This document shows positions 21,848-31,832 of a stretch of 64,000 nt of DNA, piece after piece (within the stretch, counting starts at the first letter, position 1; the number at the start of each line of letters is the position of its first letter). The translations under genes were made by a program, and so were the position numbers. The notes beneath the pieces were generated by a model. The model was not told where the DNA came from and did no database searches. It was given only the letters and a program-made list of their open reading frames with translations. The stretch comes from an uncultured Actinomycetes bacterium (GTDB lineage: Bacteria > Actinomycetota > Thermoleophilia > RBG-16-64-13), in contig CAWJDT010000004.1 of assembly GCA_963841735.1 (NCBI GenBank), forward strand, positions 224,001 through 288,000. The letters run 5' to 3'.

Positions 21848-23809
21848 TTAGCCCCCTGTGAGCCGAAGCCGCCGCAACTGGCCCAACACCGCATCCGCCA
21901 ACGCCTCCGGCGTAAGACCAACATCCTGGCGCAAACGGTTCACCGGGCCATGCGTGACGAACTTGTCCGGTAGACCCGCGCGCGCCAGCGGCCGCTGGAT
22001 ATCCAAGTCGGCCATCAACTCCGCCACTGCCGAGCCGAAGCCTCCGGCCAGCACGTTGTTCTCAATGGTCGCGACCACCTTGTGATCCTCTATCAGCGAC
22101 GCCAGTACATCCACGTCCAGCGGATGGACCCGCTTCACGCCGGCCACGGTGGCAAAGATCCCCTCCGCGGCAAGCCGGTCGGCGGCCAGTTCGGCTACCC
22201 GGATCTCGGGTCCAACGCCCAGCAATAGCGCATCGGCGCCCTTTCTGACTATATCCACCCAAGGGCCCGCGAAAGGCTCGATGGGTCTGCCTAGCGCAAC
22301 GCCTACACCGGCCGAACGTGGATATCGGATGACTGAGGGACCATCCAGACGCAAGGCACCGGCGAGCATGCGCTGCAGTTCGGCTTCGTCTTTCGGCACG
22401 AACACGCTGAGGCCGGGCAAGATACGCAGGTAAGAGAGATCGAAGACCCCATGATGAGTGGGACCATCCGAACCCACCAGGCCCGCCCGATCGACGGCGA
22501 ATACCACGGGCAACCGCTGAAGGCATACATCGTGGATCACTTGGTCGTAGGCCCGCTGCAGAAAGGTCGAGTATATGGCCACCACCGGCTTCATACCTGC
22601 CGCAGCCATTCCTGCCGCGAATACCACGGCGTGGCCTTCGGCTATCCCTACGTCGAAGAAGCGCTCGGGCATGGCTTCCTTCAGAAGGTCCAAACCCGTC
22701 CCGGAAGCCATGGCCGCCGTGATGCCCACCACACGCTCGTCGTCTCGTGCGAGTTGCACTAGGGCCTCACCAAACGCCTGCGTGTAGGTGGTCGGCCCCT
22801 CGGGGTCGAGGGACTCGCCGGTCGTCGGCGAAAGACCTGGTATGCCGTGATACCGCCCAGGCTCCTGCTCGGCCAGAGCGTACCCCTTGCCTTTGATCGT
22901 TCGACAGTGCAGTAGCACCGGCCCCTCTATGGCCAGGGAGCGCCGGATGCTCGCGCGCAGTTCCTCGATGTCATGGCCGTCGATCACACCCACGTAGGTG
23001 AACCCCAGTTCTTCAAACAGCATGCCCGGAACAAAGGCGGCCTTGATGCTGTCTTTGACCTGCGCGCCCATGGCCGCCATCCGCTCGCCCACCCCGGGAA
23101 GTCTCTGCACCCATTTGTCAAAATCACGGCGAAAGCGGTACAGAGTCGGGTCGGTCCGCAGCCGGGAGAGATACGTGCTCATGGCACCGCCGGTCTTCTC
23201 AATGGACATGGTGTTGTCGTTGAGAATAACCAGCAACGGAGTCTTCAAATGCCCCGCGTGATTCAGCGCCTCGTAGGCCATGCCGCCTGTCAATGCGCCA
23301 TCGCCCAACACAGCCACCACATGGCCACAGCCCCGCCCTTCGGGGGGTGGTTGCCCTTCAGCACCTACTCCGGCGGCTTGTTCTCCGGCCTGGCGACCCA
23401 GCCGCCTCGCTTCCACCATGCCCACCGCGGCGCTCACGGACGTGCTGGCGTGACCGGTGCCGTAGGCATCAAACGGGCTCTCCTCCCTAGAAGGGAAGCC
23501 TGAGAGGCCCCCATACTTGCGGATCGAGCGAAATTCCGCGAGTCTGCCTGTAAGAAGCTTGTGCGCGTAGCATTGATGGCCAACGTCCCAGATGATCGCA
23601 TCCCGTGGGACATCCAGTTCTGCGTGCAACGCTATTGTGAGTTCCACAACGCCCAGGCTCGGCCCGAGATGACCGCCGTTGTCGGAGACTGTCTCGATTA
23701 TCTCCGCGCGCAGCTCTTCGGCCACGCGACGCAAGCCGGCCGGACCCAGACTCCGCAGCCCGGAGGGCAAATCAAGCGTATCCAGAAGTCTCTCGCCGTC
23801 GGCGCTCAC
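21848..23809 (-). CDS. dxs: 1-deoxy-D-xylulose-5-phosphate synthase
   Basis: Motifs GGHLG, WDVGHQ, GDGALTGG..EALN, YSTFLQRAYDQ and DRAG..G.DGPTH. Confidence 0.97.
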   Translation of the reverse strand: MSADGERLLDTLDLPSGLRSLGPAGLRRVAEELRAEIIETVSDNGGHLGPSLGVVELTIALHAELDVPRDAIIWDVGHQCYAHKLLTGRLAEFRSIRKYGGLSGFPSREESPFDAYGTGHASTSVSAAVGMVEARRLGRQAGEQAAGVGAEGQPPPEGRGCGHVVAVLGDGALTGGMAYEALNHAGHLKTPLLVILNDNTMSIEKTGGAMSTYLSRLRTDPTLYRFRRDFDKWVQRLPGVGERMAAMGAQVKDSIKAAFVPGMLFEELGFTYVGVIDGHDIEELRASIRRSLAIEGPVLLHCRTIKGKGYALAEQEPGRYHGIPGLSPTTGESLDPEGPTTYTQAFGEALVQLARDDERVVGITAAMASGTGLDLLKEAMPERFFDVGIAEGHAVVFAAGMAAAGMKPVVAIYSTFLQRAYDQVIHDVCLQRLPVVFAVDRAGLVGSDGPTHHGVFDLSYLRILPGLSVFVPKDEAELQRMLAGALRLDGPSVIRYPRSAGVGVALGRPIEPFAGPWVDIVRKGADALLLGVGPEIRVAELAADRLAAEGIFATVAGVKRVHPLDVDVLASLIEDHKVVATIENNVLAGGFGSAVAELMADLDIQRPLARAGLPDKFVTHGPVNRLRQDVGLTPEALADAVLGQLRRLRLTGG

Positions 23810-24240
23810 AGCTCTTCCTTGTCCACTGCAGCGTCGCTTGAAACGTCCCTCACCGATGCCAAAGCCCCTAGGATGCCGTTCACCAGAGATCCAGCTTCAG
23901 CTGAGCAGAACCGCTTAGCCAGTTCTACAGCCTGGTCGATGATCACCGCCACAGGGATCTCGGGTTCCCACATAAGTTCGTATGCGGCCACCTTTAGGAT
24001 AGAACGCTCAAGAACCCCCAGCCGTTCCCAAGTCCACCCAGCCAGGTGCATTCCAACCGCGCTTTCGATGGCCTCCAGTTCGGCGGCCGCCCCGAGCACC
24101 AATCGCCGCGCATACTCGGATATCCCTGAGTCATGGACCCGAGCAAGAGCATCGGGAGCCGAAAGCCCCAGCAAATCCTGTTGGTAGAGGATGACCACGG
24201 CTTCGCGCCGCGCGCTTCTACGACCGGCCTGCACAGGCAA
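23806..24240 (-). CDS. nusB: Transcription antitermination factor NusB
   Basis: Motifs RRSARREAV..LYQ, W..ERL, AVELAK and VNGIL. Confidence 0.93.
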   Translation of the reverse strand: MPVQAGRRSARREAVVILYQQDLLGLSAPDALARVHDSGISEYARRLVLGAAAELEAIESAVGMHLAGWTWERLGVLERSILKVAAYELMWEPEIPVAVIIDQAVELAKRFCSAEAGSLVNGILGALASVRDVSSDAAVDKEEL

Positions 24241-24245
24241 GCTGT

Positions 24246-24548
24246 TCAGGCGCCAAGCGGAAACACGCCGCTGAATACCACGTCCACACCGGATACGCGC
24301 AGACCTGTCATTCGCCCGAGAGCACCGACTATCTTGCCGCGCACCTCAGGCGCCAGCTCGGGCAGCACCTCACCCATACGCGCATCCAACTGGATGACCA
24401 CGTGGCATTCTTCACCGTCAACAGTGACGTCGGCCACGCGACTGCCTACCAAAGGCAGAGAGGAGTGCACCCGCACCCGATCATCGCCAACCAGCGATCC
24501 CCGCACAATAGCCTCAAGAACCGACGTAGCTATCAAGTACTCGGTCAT
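24246..24548 (-). CDS. Asp23/Gls24 family envelope stress protein
   Basis: About 100 aa with C-terminal MTGL.V..VDV, in the usual position between efp and nusB. Confidence 0.75.
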   Translation of the reverse strand: MTEYLIATSVLEAIVRGSLVGDDRVRVHSSLPLVGSRVADVTVDGEECHVVIQLDARMGEVLPELAPEVRGKIVGALGRMTGLRVSGVDVVFSGVFPLGA

Positions 24549-24601
24549 ATCACGCACCCATCATCGCTGAACTCGTTGTGCTCGCCTTGTGATACGTACA
24601 C

Positions 24602-25159
24602 TTACGCTCTCGTCACGTACTCCCTGGTGCGAGTATCGATACGGATCACATCGCCCGACTCTATGAACAGAGGCACCTGCACCACGGCTCCTGTCTCCAA
24701 GGTCGCTGCTTTGGAGCCACCAGACACAGTATCTCCCCGTACTCCAGCCGCCGTGTCCTCGATCCTCAGGTCCACAAACGTAGGTAGCTCCACGTCGAAC
24801 GGCTCTCCGTCGATGTGAATCACTTCAACGGGCATATTTGGGGTCATCAGGTCAAAGCGCCCGTCAAGGTTGCCCTTCGGCACCACGAGTTGCTCGAACG
24901 ACTCTTGGTCCATGAAGACCACTTGATCGGGTTCGTCGTACAGATACGTCATCGTGCGACTTTCCGTGCGCAGTTGCTCGAACTTCGTCTCAGGCCGGAA
25001 CGTACGCTCGACGAGTGAGCCGCTGATCACGTTGCGCAGTTTAGTGCGCACGAACGCTCCGCCCTTGCCGGGTTTAACATGTTGGTAATCAGCGATGCGA
25101 TACGTTTCGCCCTCGTACCTAATGGTCATACCGACCTTGAACTGATTTGTTGAGATCAC
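24602..25159 (-). CDS. efp: Elongation factor P
   Basis: Motifs HVKPGKGGAFVRTKL, GVRGDT and LETG..VQVPLF. GTG start follows GGAGG. Confidence 0.97.
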   Translation of the reverse strand: MISTNQFKVGMTIRYEGETYRIADYQHVKPGKGGAFVRTKLRNVISGSLVERTFRPETKFEQLRTESRTMTYLYDEPDQVVFMDQESFEQLVVPKGNLDGRFDLMTPNMPVEVIHIDGEPFDVELPTFVDLRIEDTAAGVRGDTVSGGSKAATLETGAVVQVPLFIESGDVIRIDTRTREYVTRA

Positions 25160-25257
25160 TCGCCCGGCCTCCATCGACTACGACTGCCGACGCACTCTAC
25201 ACCGGCTATACGAGTATGAATTCTACTACACCTGCAGGTGCGGCGCCTCTTGAAGCC

Positions 25258-25713
25258 TCACTTGTCCTTGGCCTGGCCTAACTCGACAAGCCTGCGCACC
25301 GCCTGCAAATAGCCCTCTGGGCCCTTGCCCGAGATGGTAAAAGTCACAACCGAAGAGATCACAGAATGCCGCCGCCACTCCTCGCGCTCGGCGATGGCCG
25401 AAAGGTGAACCTCAGCCACCGGACAATCCACCAACTCGAGAGCGTCCCGGATGACGTAACTGTAGTGAGTCCAGGCGCCGGGGTTGACGATCATGGCATT
25501 TGCGTGCCGGTACTCGTGTAGCAGCTCTACGTACGAGCCTTCGTGGTTGGTCTGCCGAAACACACCCTCCCAACCGAACAACCTCGCTTCGCAATCGATT
25601 AGGCCCTCCAGCTCGGCGAGCGTGATAGTGCCATAGTGCTCCGCCGGGCGCGCCCCCAGCATGTCGAGATTCGCTCCGTGCAAAACTATGATCCGCTTCG
25701 GTTCAGAGCTCAT
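25258..25713 (-). CDS. aroQ: Type II 3-dehydroquinate dehydratase
   Basis: Motifs HGANLDMLG.R...YG, NHEG, NPGAWTHYS and EVHLS. Confidence 0.93.
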   Translation of the reverse strand: MSSEPKRIIVLHGANLDMLGARPAEHYGTITLAELEGLIDCEARLFGWEGVFRQTNHEGSYVELLHEYRHANAMIVNPGAWTHYSYVIRDALELVDCPVAEVHLSAIAEREEWRRHSVISSVVTFTISGKGPEGYLQAVRRLVELGQAKDK

Positions 25714-27323
25714 GCCCTGATCACCCCAAGCGAACGAGTAAACACCTCGCGCGACACGTTTAGTCCCCATACCGGTTCGCCCAAGGCCCGCAGCCCCACG
25801 AAACCCGTCGATCCGGCGCGCGCCTTCTTATCACGCGACGTGGCAATCCACAGTTCCTCCACCGGAGGCAAAGCAAGCGTAGAACGGAGCCCCAAGGCCA
25901 AAAGCAGGGCGCGGACGCGCTCACGGACGCCCGGGTCTAGCGCCAGCAGCTCCTCGCTGACGGCCAGTGACACCAAAAGCCCCAACCCGACGGCCTGACC
26001 GTGACTGATACGACCGTATCCGCCGGCGACCTCTAGAGCGTGGGCCGCTGTGTGCCCCAGATTGAGAACCGCACGGACACCGTTTTCTCGCTCGTCCTTC
26101 TCCACGACACCGGCCTTGTAGTCGATGCTGGAGCGGATGACCGCGGACAGAACACCCATATCCCGTTTCGCTACGGCCTCTGCTTCCCGCTCCAGCCAAG
26201 CAAACGCCTCGGCCGAGATCAGCAGTGCGTGTTTGACCACCTCACCCAACCCCCCGTCGTAGTCGGCCGGCGGAAGAGTGGCCAGTGTGTTGGCATCCAC
26301 AACAACCAGGTCAGGCTGGTAGAAGGCCCCCACCAGATTCTTGCCCGCGCTCAGGTTGATGGCGGTCTTACCACCGACACTCGAATCGACCTGAGCAAGG
26401 AGGCTGGTGGGAATCTGCCATAATCCTACCCCGCGCTGGTACGTCGCGGCGGCAAATCCGGCCAGGTCTCCCACGACCCCTCCTCCGAGCGCCACAACCA
26501 CGTCGTCACGCCGCGCACCCGCTTCAGCTAGCCACTCCCAGCAGCGCCCCAGTGAACCATGGCTCTTACTCGCCTCGCCCGGCTCCACCACCAAAGACGC
26601 CATCTCGGCGCAGCCGCCCATGGCTTTCATCAAAGCCGGACCCCAAGCACCCTGGACGTTCTCGTCGGTAATGACGAACAGGCGTCCCCCCCGGCGAGCA
26701 ACAGCCTGCGCCCGTCTCTCCAAGAACGAAAACGCTCCCTCCCCCCCAACGATCAGGGACTCACGTGCGGTAGCTCCCAGGCGTCTTCCCCACATAACCT
26801 GCCAATGCTTACCCGCACCCTGGATAATCTCTACGATCTCAGATGCGATCTGCTCTGCGGCCCGCCCACCCACCGGCACAATCCAGTCGGACGTTCGTTC
26901 GTAGGTCTGTCGCCGCGCTTCGTAGAGTTCCGCGAAAGCCTCTTTGCTTTGGGCCAACGGTCTGCCGGTATCGTGTGACCGACCCCAGGCAACGTCGATG
27001 CCGACGTCCAGAAACACCACTCCTCCGCGGCCGTGCATCAGCTGCTCAGCTTCTCTACACGTGAGGGTCCCTCCACCGAGCGACAGAACCAGATCCTGGA
27101 CCCGGGCCGTGTGACCTAGAACGCGCTCCAGCACGCGGCACTCCTCGGCCCTGAAAGCCTGCTCACCTCTTGTGGCGAATAGAACAGCAATCGGGCTGCC
27201 GGTGGCCTTGACGACGGCATCGTCCAGGTCAACGAACTCCCAGCCCAGCCGAGCAGCGACAGCCGCCCCTATGGCGGACTTCCCGCTACCCATGAAGCCG
27301 CTGAGCGCTACGAGCTTCGCCAC
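25710..27323 (-). CDS. aroKB: Bifunctional shikimate kinase / 3-dehydroquinate synthase (AroK-AroB)
   Basis: N-terminal GFMGSGKS, DLD, GE..FR and RPL; C-terminal GGGVVGDLAGF, QVDSSVGGK and NLGHT. Confidence 0.93.
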   Translation of the reverse strand: MAKLVALSGFMGSGKSAIGAAVAARLGWEFVDLDDAVVKATGSPIAVLFATRGEQAFRAEECRVLERVLGHTARVQDLVLSLGGGTLTCREAEQLMHGRGGVVFLDVGIDVAWGRSHDTGRPLAQSKEAFAELYEARRQTYERTSDWIVPVGGRAAEQIASEIVEIIQGAGKHWQVMWGRRLGATARESLIVGGEGAFSFLERRAQAVARRGGRLFVITDENVQGAWGPALMKAMGGCAEMASLVVEPGEASKSHGSLGRCWEWLAEAGARRDDVVVALGGGVVGDLAGFAAATYQRGVGLWQIPTSLLAQVDSSVGGKTAINLSAGKNLVGAFYQPDLVVVDANTLATLPPADYDGGLGEVVKHALLISAEAFAWLEREAEAVAKRDMGVLSAVIRSSIDYKAGVVEKDERENGVRAVLNLGHTAAHALEVAGGYGRISHGQAVGLGLLVSLAVSEELLALDPGVRERVRALLLALGLRSTLALPPVEELWIATSRDKKARAGSTGFVGLRALGEPVWGLNVSREVFTRSLGVIRA

Positions 27324-28519
27324 AGACCCTGTTCCTCCAGGCGCTGCCGGTATGCGCGCAGGGCCGCCTGTAGCTCTCCCAGGCTGTCGCCTCCGAACTT
27401 CTCCAGATAAGCCGCGGCCATCACGTATGCAACCATGGCTTCTCCCACCACTCTGGCTGCCGACACCGCGGCAACGTCGGAGCGCTCAACCAGAGCCGGG
27501 CGCGCTTCCAGTGAGTGGATATCGACCGACCCAAGAGGGGTGGTAAGGGTGGGGATCGGCTTCATCGCAGCCCTTAGGACAACGGGCATGCCGTTGGTCA
27601 TGCCTCCCTCGACGCCGGCTGCCCCATTCGAGTCGCGCCCTATCCACTTGCGTCCACCGTTGTCCCGCAAAATGATAGGGTCATGCACCTCAGAGCCCTT
27701 GCGCCGGGCGTTCGCAAAGGCATCGCCTATCTCGACGCCCTTGATTGCCGGGATGCTCCCCAGAGCTCCCATCAGTCTGCCATCAAGCCGGTCGTGCATG
27801 GTTGCATATCCCCCCAGGCCAGGGCACAAGCCCCAACACCAGATCTCAAACACCCCGCCCAGAGACTCGCCCGCTGCCCGCGCAGCGTCTATGGCTCCGC
27901 ACATGGCTGCACCTGTCTCCGCGTCGTCGCATCCGACCGGGGATGTCTCGACCGCACCCCAGTCGATGGCCTCAGGCCGCACGTAACCCGAGGTGCTGGA
28001 TTGCCCAACGTTTCCAATAGCTACGACCCTTCCCCGCACGGTGACGCCCAGTTCCTCCAGCAGGCGCCTGCACACCGCGCCTCCTGCGACCCTTCCCACC
28101 GTCTCGCGGGCGCTGGCCCGCTCCAGTACAGAGCGAACGTCACTGTGGTCGTACTTCGCTACACCCGACAGGTCGGCGTGCCCTGGACGTGGCACAGTGT
28201 CCTTCTGGCCTGACGGCAGCCCCCCGCCCTCACTTGGTTCTGGCGACATGAGGGAAGTCCAGTTGCCATGGTCCACGTTGTCGACCAGAATGCAGATGGG
28301 GCTACCCATGGTAAGGCCTAGACGGACTCCCGCCACAAAACGGCAGCGGTCGGTCTCTATCTTCATACGGCCCCCGCGGCCATAGCCACCCTGCCGGCGG
28401 GCAAGCTGCCCATCGATATCACCCACGTCCAGAGACAAACCTGCAGGGATGCCCTCTAGAACACAGACTTCGCATGGACCATGCGACTCGCCGGCGGTGG
28501 TAAGGCGGAGAGTGGTCAC
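27308..28519 (-). CDS. aroC: Chorismate synthase
   Basis: Motifs TAGESHG, RRQGGYGRGGRM, PRPGHAD, ERASARET and MKPIPT. Confidence 0.97.
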   Translation of the reverse strand: MTTLRLTTAGESHGPCEVCVLEGIPAGLSLDVGDIDGQLARRQGGYGRGGRMKIETDRCRFVAGVRLGLTMGSPICILVDNVDHGNWTSLMSPEPSEGGGLPSGQKDTVPRPGHADLSGVAKYDHSDVRSVLERASARETVGRVAGGAVCRRLLEELGVTVRGRVVAIGNVGQSSTSGYVRPEAIDWGAVETSPVGCDDAETGAAMCGAIDAARAAGESLGGVFEIWCWGLCPGLGGYATMHDRLDGRLMGALGSIPAIKGVEIGDAFANARRKGSEVHDPIILRDNGGRKWIGRDSNGAAGVEGGMTNGMPVVLRAAMKPIPTLTTPLGSVDIHSLEARPALVERSDVAAVSAARVVGEAMVAYVMAAAYLEKFGGDSLGELQAALRAYRQRLEEQGLWRSS

Positions 28520-28601
28520 CAGCTACTCCTTGAAACGGCACCGCCTCCAGCGCTATACCGTATTCCGTCGCTACAAACAGTACGTCGAAACAGAAACAAA
28601 G

Positions 28602-29249
28602 TTACTCGTGAATGACATCGTTGACAGCAAGCGTGACCGTCTCACTCCCGTGCAGGAAGGTGACCACCCGACTCGACACGTCTATATCCTCCACCTTAAC
28701 CCACCCCCACGTTGTCTCGACAGAGAAGCCCACGACCTTGTCTGTGTATGTCGCGGCATCCACTCTGAAGGTCACCGTGGGTGGCACTCGCCCGTCCGTC
28801 GGTATCGAAACGACAGTCATGGTGTGAGCATAGAGCGACGTTGTAGTAGTAGTCGCCTTGGTGGTGGTGGTGGCCTTGGTCGTGGTGGTTACCGCCTTGG
28901 TCGTTGTCGTGGTGGCCTTGGTCGTAGTGGTGGTCGACGCGTTGGTCGTGGTGGTTACGGGCTTGGTGGTGGTGGTAGGAGCCGGGGTGGTAGTTGTAGG
29001 GATCGCCTGGGGAATGAAAGGATCCTTACTTTTAAACGTCGACAGGTCCTCGTTGGCCACCGATGCTGCCCCTTCTTCCCACACAACCGTAGTCGTGGTG
29101 GTAGCAGGGGCACTCCCCTCGTTCGTCGCGACGCCCGCAGTTGTGACCACTGGCTCTCCACCGCTCCCGAAACAACCAACCAACATGACCGCCAGGCCCA
29201 CAACAAGTAGACCGGCAACTATGGAGGAGCGAAATTCATCTGACTTCAT
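28602..29249 (-). CDS. Thr-rich lipoprotein at the PilP position (PilP-like)
   Basis: Lipobox LVGC, KDPF motif, Thr-rich linker and a beta-rich C-terminal ~65 aa. Directly downstream of pilO, with an AGGAG SD. Confidence 0.65.
   Translation of the reverse strand: MKSDEFRSSIVAGLLVVGLAVMLVGCFGSGGEPVVTTAGVATNEGSAPATTTTTVVWEEGAASVANEDLSTFKSKDPFIPQAIPTTTTPAPTTTTKPVTTTTNASTTTTTKATTTTTKAVTTTTKATTTTKATTTTTSLYAHTMTVVSIPTDGRVPPTVTFRVDAATYTDKVVGFSVETTWGWVKVEDIDVSSRVVTFLHGSETVTLAVNDVIHE
28839..28998 (-). repeat. Degenerate 18-21-nt coding tandem repeat encoding (T)4-6-K-A/P units
   Basis: The plus strand shows repeated gtNgtNgtNgtN...gccttg units. The protein reads TTTTKPVTTTTNASTTTTTKATTTTTKAVTTTTKATTTTKATTTTT. 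Confidence 0.85.
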
Positions 29250-29299
29250 CCTCAGCTCCTAGGCGCTAAATTTTGAGCCGTTGCGTAAGTGGCTGCCGT

Positions 29300-29926
29300 T
29301 CACGACGCACCATTCGCCCCAGTACTGGCGGGAGGGACCGCCTTTGCAGCCTTCGGCGTCCCGCCGCCGAGTGCGAAGGCGTACACACTGATACTCACCC
29401 TCAACTCGGGACTACTGCCAGCCGACAAACCTGTGTCGCCCCCCAACGCCAAATCGACATTCTTGACGGCTAGAAGTCGGCCCGGACCGGCCACCATCTG
29501 CTCCGCCCTATAGATGAAGTCACTTACGTCGAAGAATGTGCCCGTGAACTCCAGCTGCAGGGGAACGACCTCGAATACACCGGACACTGCCGCTGCAACT
29601 TGACCAGGCGTCACCTGTATGAACTCTATGCCTGACTGATCGGCCAGATCCTGGATCTGCAGCAAGAGGCTGGGCAACTCCGCGTTCATGGGCACCATCT
29701 TGGCCAGTTCGAGCAACCTCATCTGGTTCCTCTTGCCCTCTCCCCTGGTCGCCTCCGCGTGCTTCAGCTGAGTGTTCGCCTGTACGACAAGGGTCTTCTC
29801 TTCTTGTATGGCCTGCTGGGTATCAGCGATATCACCCCGGATCGGGCTCAACACAAGAAACCATATGACCACCGCGAAAAGCACGATGCCTGCGCCCATC
29901 AGCAGGAGCTTGACCTTCTGCGTCAT
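29300..29926 (-). CDS. pilO: Type IV pilus assembly protein PilO
   Basis: N-terminal TM helix, coiled coil, and P...ELPSLL..IQ.LA...GI...G.F..V.DF...E..RL pattern. Follows pilN. Confidence 0.85.
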   Translation of the reverse strand: MTQKVKLLLMGAGIVLFAVVIWFLVLSPIRGDIADTQQAIQEEKTLVVQANTQLKHAEATRGEGKRNQMRLLELAKMVPMNAELPSLLLQIQDLADQSGIEFIQVTPGQVAAAVSGVFEVVPLQLEFTGTFFDVSDFIYRAEQMVAGPGRLLAVKNVDLALGGDTGLSAGSSPELRVSISVYAFALGGGTPKAAKAVPPASTGANGAS

Positions 29927-30585
29927 AGCCCCTCCACCTCGACCTGGCTCAGGGGCAAGACGGCGTCTTCATCTGGTGCGCCGTCCACAACCGCCGAGAT
30001 AGAGAACCCCTTTACGTCCTTCGTATCATCAACCGTGCCCCTCGGTTCGCCCGCGGACAACAGGTCGATCCCTGACAACAACTGGACCAGTTGCAGTCGC
30101 ACAAGAAAATCGACCACGCCCTTCATGCCATATGTGTTCCCCTCTAGGGAGAGGCTGCCCCCCGCCGCGGCCGCTGCACCAGAATCCGCTGCACTGGCAC
30201 CCGCGGAAAGCGGGTCCGCGCCTGCAAGACTCATGGTACCGAACCACACGTTATCCGGCACCACCAAGCTGATGTCCCCTAGTATCTGTGCCACCGGAGT
30301 CCTCGCAGCATAAATCTGCTGCACCACGATCTCCGTGTCCTTGCGCTCGCTGGCAAGACGCTCGTATACCTGTAGAGCGTTGACCTGTGCCACCAGCGCG
30401 GCGCGCTCGTCTTGCACGCCTTCGAGTTCACTCTTCCTGTCACTCAGAGAATTGCTGAACAAGTAGTACCCCAGGCCGAGGGCAAACAGCACCACAATGC
30501 CCGATACCACGACCGCCAACATGCCCACATTGGTGCTCGTGCGGGCGCGCTCGCCCCTCGGAACCAGGTTAATGCGCCGGGGCAT
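29923..30585 (-). CDS. pilN: Type IV pilus assembly protein PilN
   Basis: N-terminal RINLVP (PilM-binding INLLP-like motif), TM helix, coiled coil and VPDNVW. Confidence 0.87.
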   Translation of the reverse strand: MPRRINLVPRGERARTSTNVGMLAVVVSGIVVLFALGLGYYLFSNSLSDRKSELEGVQDERAALVAQVNALQVYERLASERKDTEIVVQQIYAARTPVAQILGDISLVVPDNVWFGTMSLAGADPLSAGASAADSGAAAAAGGSLSLEGNTYGMKGVVDFLVRLQLVQLLSGIDLLSAGEPRGTVDDTKDVKGFSISAVVDGAPDEDAVLPLSQVEVEGL

Positions 30586-30586
30586 C

Positions 30587-31696
30587 CTACTCCTCCTCTG
30601 GAAGGGCAAGGCCCACGGCCACAGACAGGTACGGAGCCATGAATGCCAACTCGGCGTCGTCCATGTTCGAGGCGTTCTCCGCCAACATAAGTAGAGGATT
30701 GCCGATGGTGACCCTCATATCGAGGGCCTCCGACAAGTGATGGTCAAGGTTCTTAACCAGTGCTCCGCGGCCGGATAGTATGAGCTCCGTCAAAGGTGCC
30801 ACCTGTTCTTGGCCCTGGTAATAGTGCAGCGATCGCCGGATCTCCTCACTCAACTCCGATGCGGCCTCTCCCAGTTGTTCTTGAGTGGAGGTGACAACTT
30901 CCTCCGGGTAGAGATCGCCGTCCACAGCTATCGGGCCACGCAGCCCGATACGCTGCGCCAGGCTGTGCGCGTCTGACATGGGGATGCCCCGCTGCTCGCA
31001 CAAGATGCGGGCGAAGCGCTCGCTGGAGAAGTTGATGACCCTCGTGAACTTGACTACGTTGTCCACGGCCACCACAAGAGTGGATACGGACGAGGATATG
31101 TCCGCAATGCCACGGCAAATACCCGTTTCGGAAGCTTCGGCCAAAAAGGAGGCAGGCGGAACAAGGGCTCGTACGAGCGCCATGCTCGATACGTCTATGC
31201 CCGCCACCTTCAGGCCCGCCTGCTTTATCGCCCCGTAGAAAGTGCCTATCATGCCCTTCTGAGCCGCAACAAGAAGTATCTCTTGCCGCGACACCCCCTC
31301 AGCGCTCTCTTTCTTGCCCACGACCAGGAAGTCGAGCACCGCCTCGTCTACGGGAATGGGGATGAAGTCTTGCGCCTGAAACTCGATAGCGCCCCGCAGT
31401 TCATCCTCTGTCATGTCTGGCATGTCCACGTTGCGGACGATGACTTTCTGATTGCTGACAGCCACCTGCACGGTACGACCGCGAAGCTTCGCCTGATAGG
31501 TGAAGGCACGTAGCTCGCGCGCAAAGAGATCTCCATCGACGATCTCCCCGTCAACCACGAGTCCCTCTGACAACGGCCACTCCCAGCAGCCACGCAGCTT
31601 CAGCCGGTCAGCACTACCGGTCACCTCAATGGCGACAAGGCTCGACCCGCCGATATCAAGAGCTATCTGCTTTGCCTGAAAAGGACTCAAGCCCAC
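30587..31696 (-). CDS. pilM: Type IV pilus assembly protein PilM (actin-like)
   Basis: Motifs ALDIG, IPIPVDEAVLDF, ILLVAA and LSGRGA..NL. Start is GTG 31696 or TTG 31690. Confidence 0.9.
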   Translation of the reverse strand: MGLSPFQAKQIALDIGGSSLVAIEVTGSADRLKLRGCWEWPLSEGLVVDGEIVDGDLFARELRAFTYQAKLRGRTVQVAVSNQKVIVRNVDMPDMTEDELRGAIEFQAQDFIPIPVDEAVLDFLVVGKKESAEGVSRQEILLVAAQKGMIGTFYGAIKQAGLKVAGIDVSSMALVRALVPPASFLAEASETGICRGIADISSSVSTLVVAVDNVVKFTRVINFSSERFARILCEQRGIPMSDAHSLAQRIGLRGPIAVDGDLYPEEVVTSTQEQLGEAASELSEEIRRSLHYYQGQEQVAPLTELILSGRGALVKNLDHHLSEALDMRVTIGNPLLMLAENASNMDDAELAFMAPYLSVAVGLALPEEE

Positions 31697-31752
31697 ACCC
31701 TCGTCAGTGACACTTCGGCACCCTTCCGTTCGCCCAACAACCTTCCGAAATA

Positions 31753-31780
31753 CTATCGACCACCAATGCGGCCAACTGTA
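31753..31780 (-). promoter_or_regulatory. Putative sigma28 (FliA/WhiG-family) promoter for pilMNO
   Basis: TACA-N16-GTCGATAG, compared with consensus TAAA-N15/16-GCCGATAA. Confidence 0.4.
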
Positions 31781-31832
31781 ACACTCGCAACTGACCACTT
31801 ATCTCATTCCAGGTCGAAGGCATTTCCCCTGT

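Noticed and set aside
25710-27323. AroK-AroB fusion as a novelty
   Set aside because: This fusion is already known from several bacterial lineages.
28839-28998. Repeat array as a CRISPR or other non-coding repeat
   Set aside because: The units are degenerate at third codon positions, have no spacers and encode a Thr-rich linker. No cas genes are present.
31697-31832. c-di-GMP riboswitch upstream of pilM
   Set aside because: No GEMM-type GAAA tetraloop/receptor architecture or terminator is visible.
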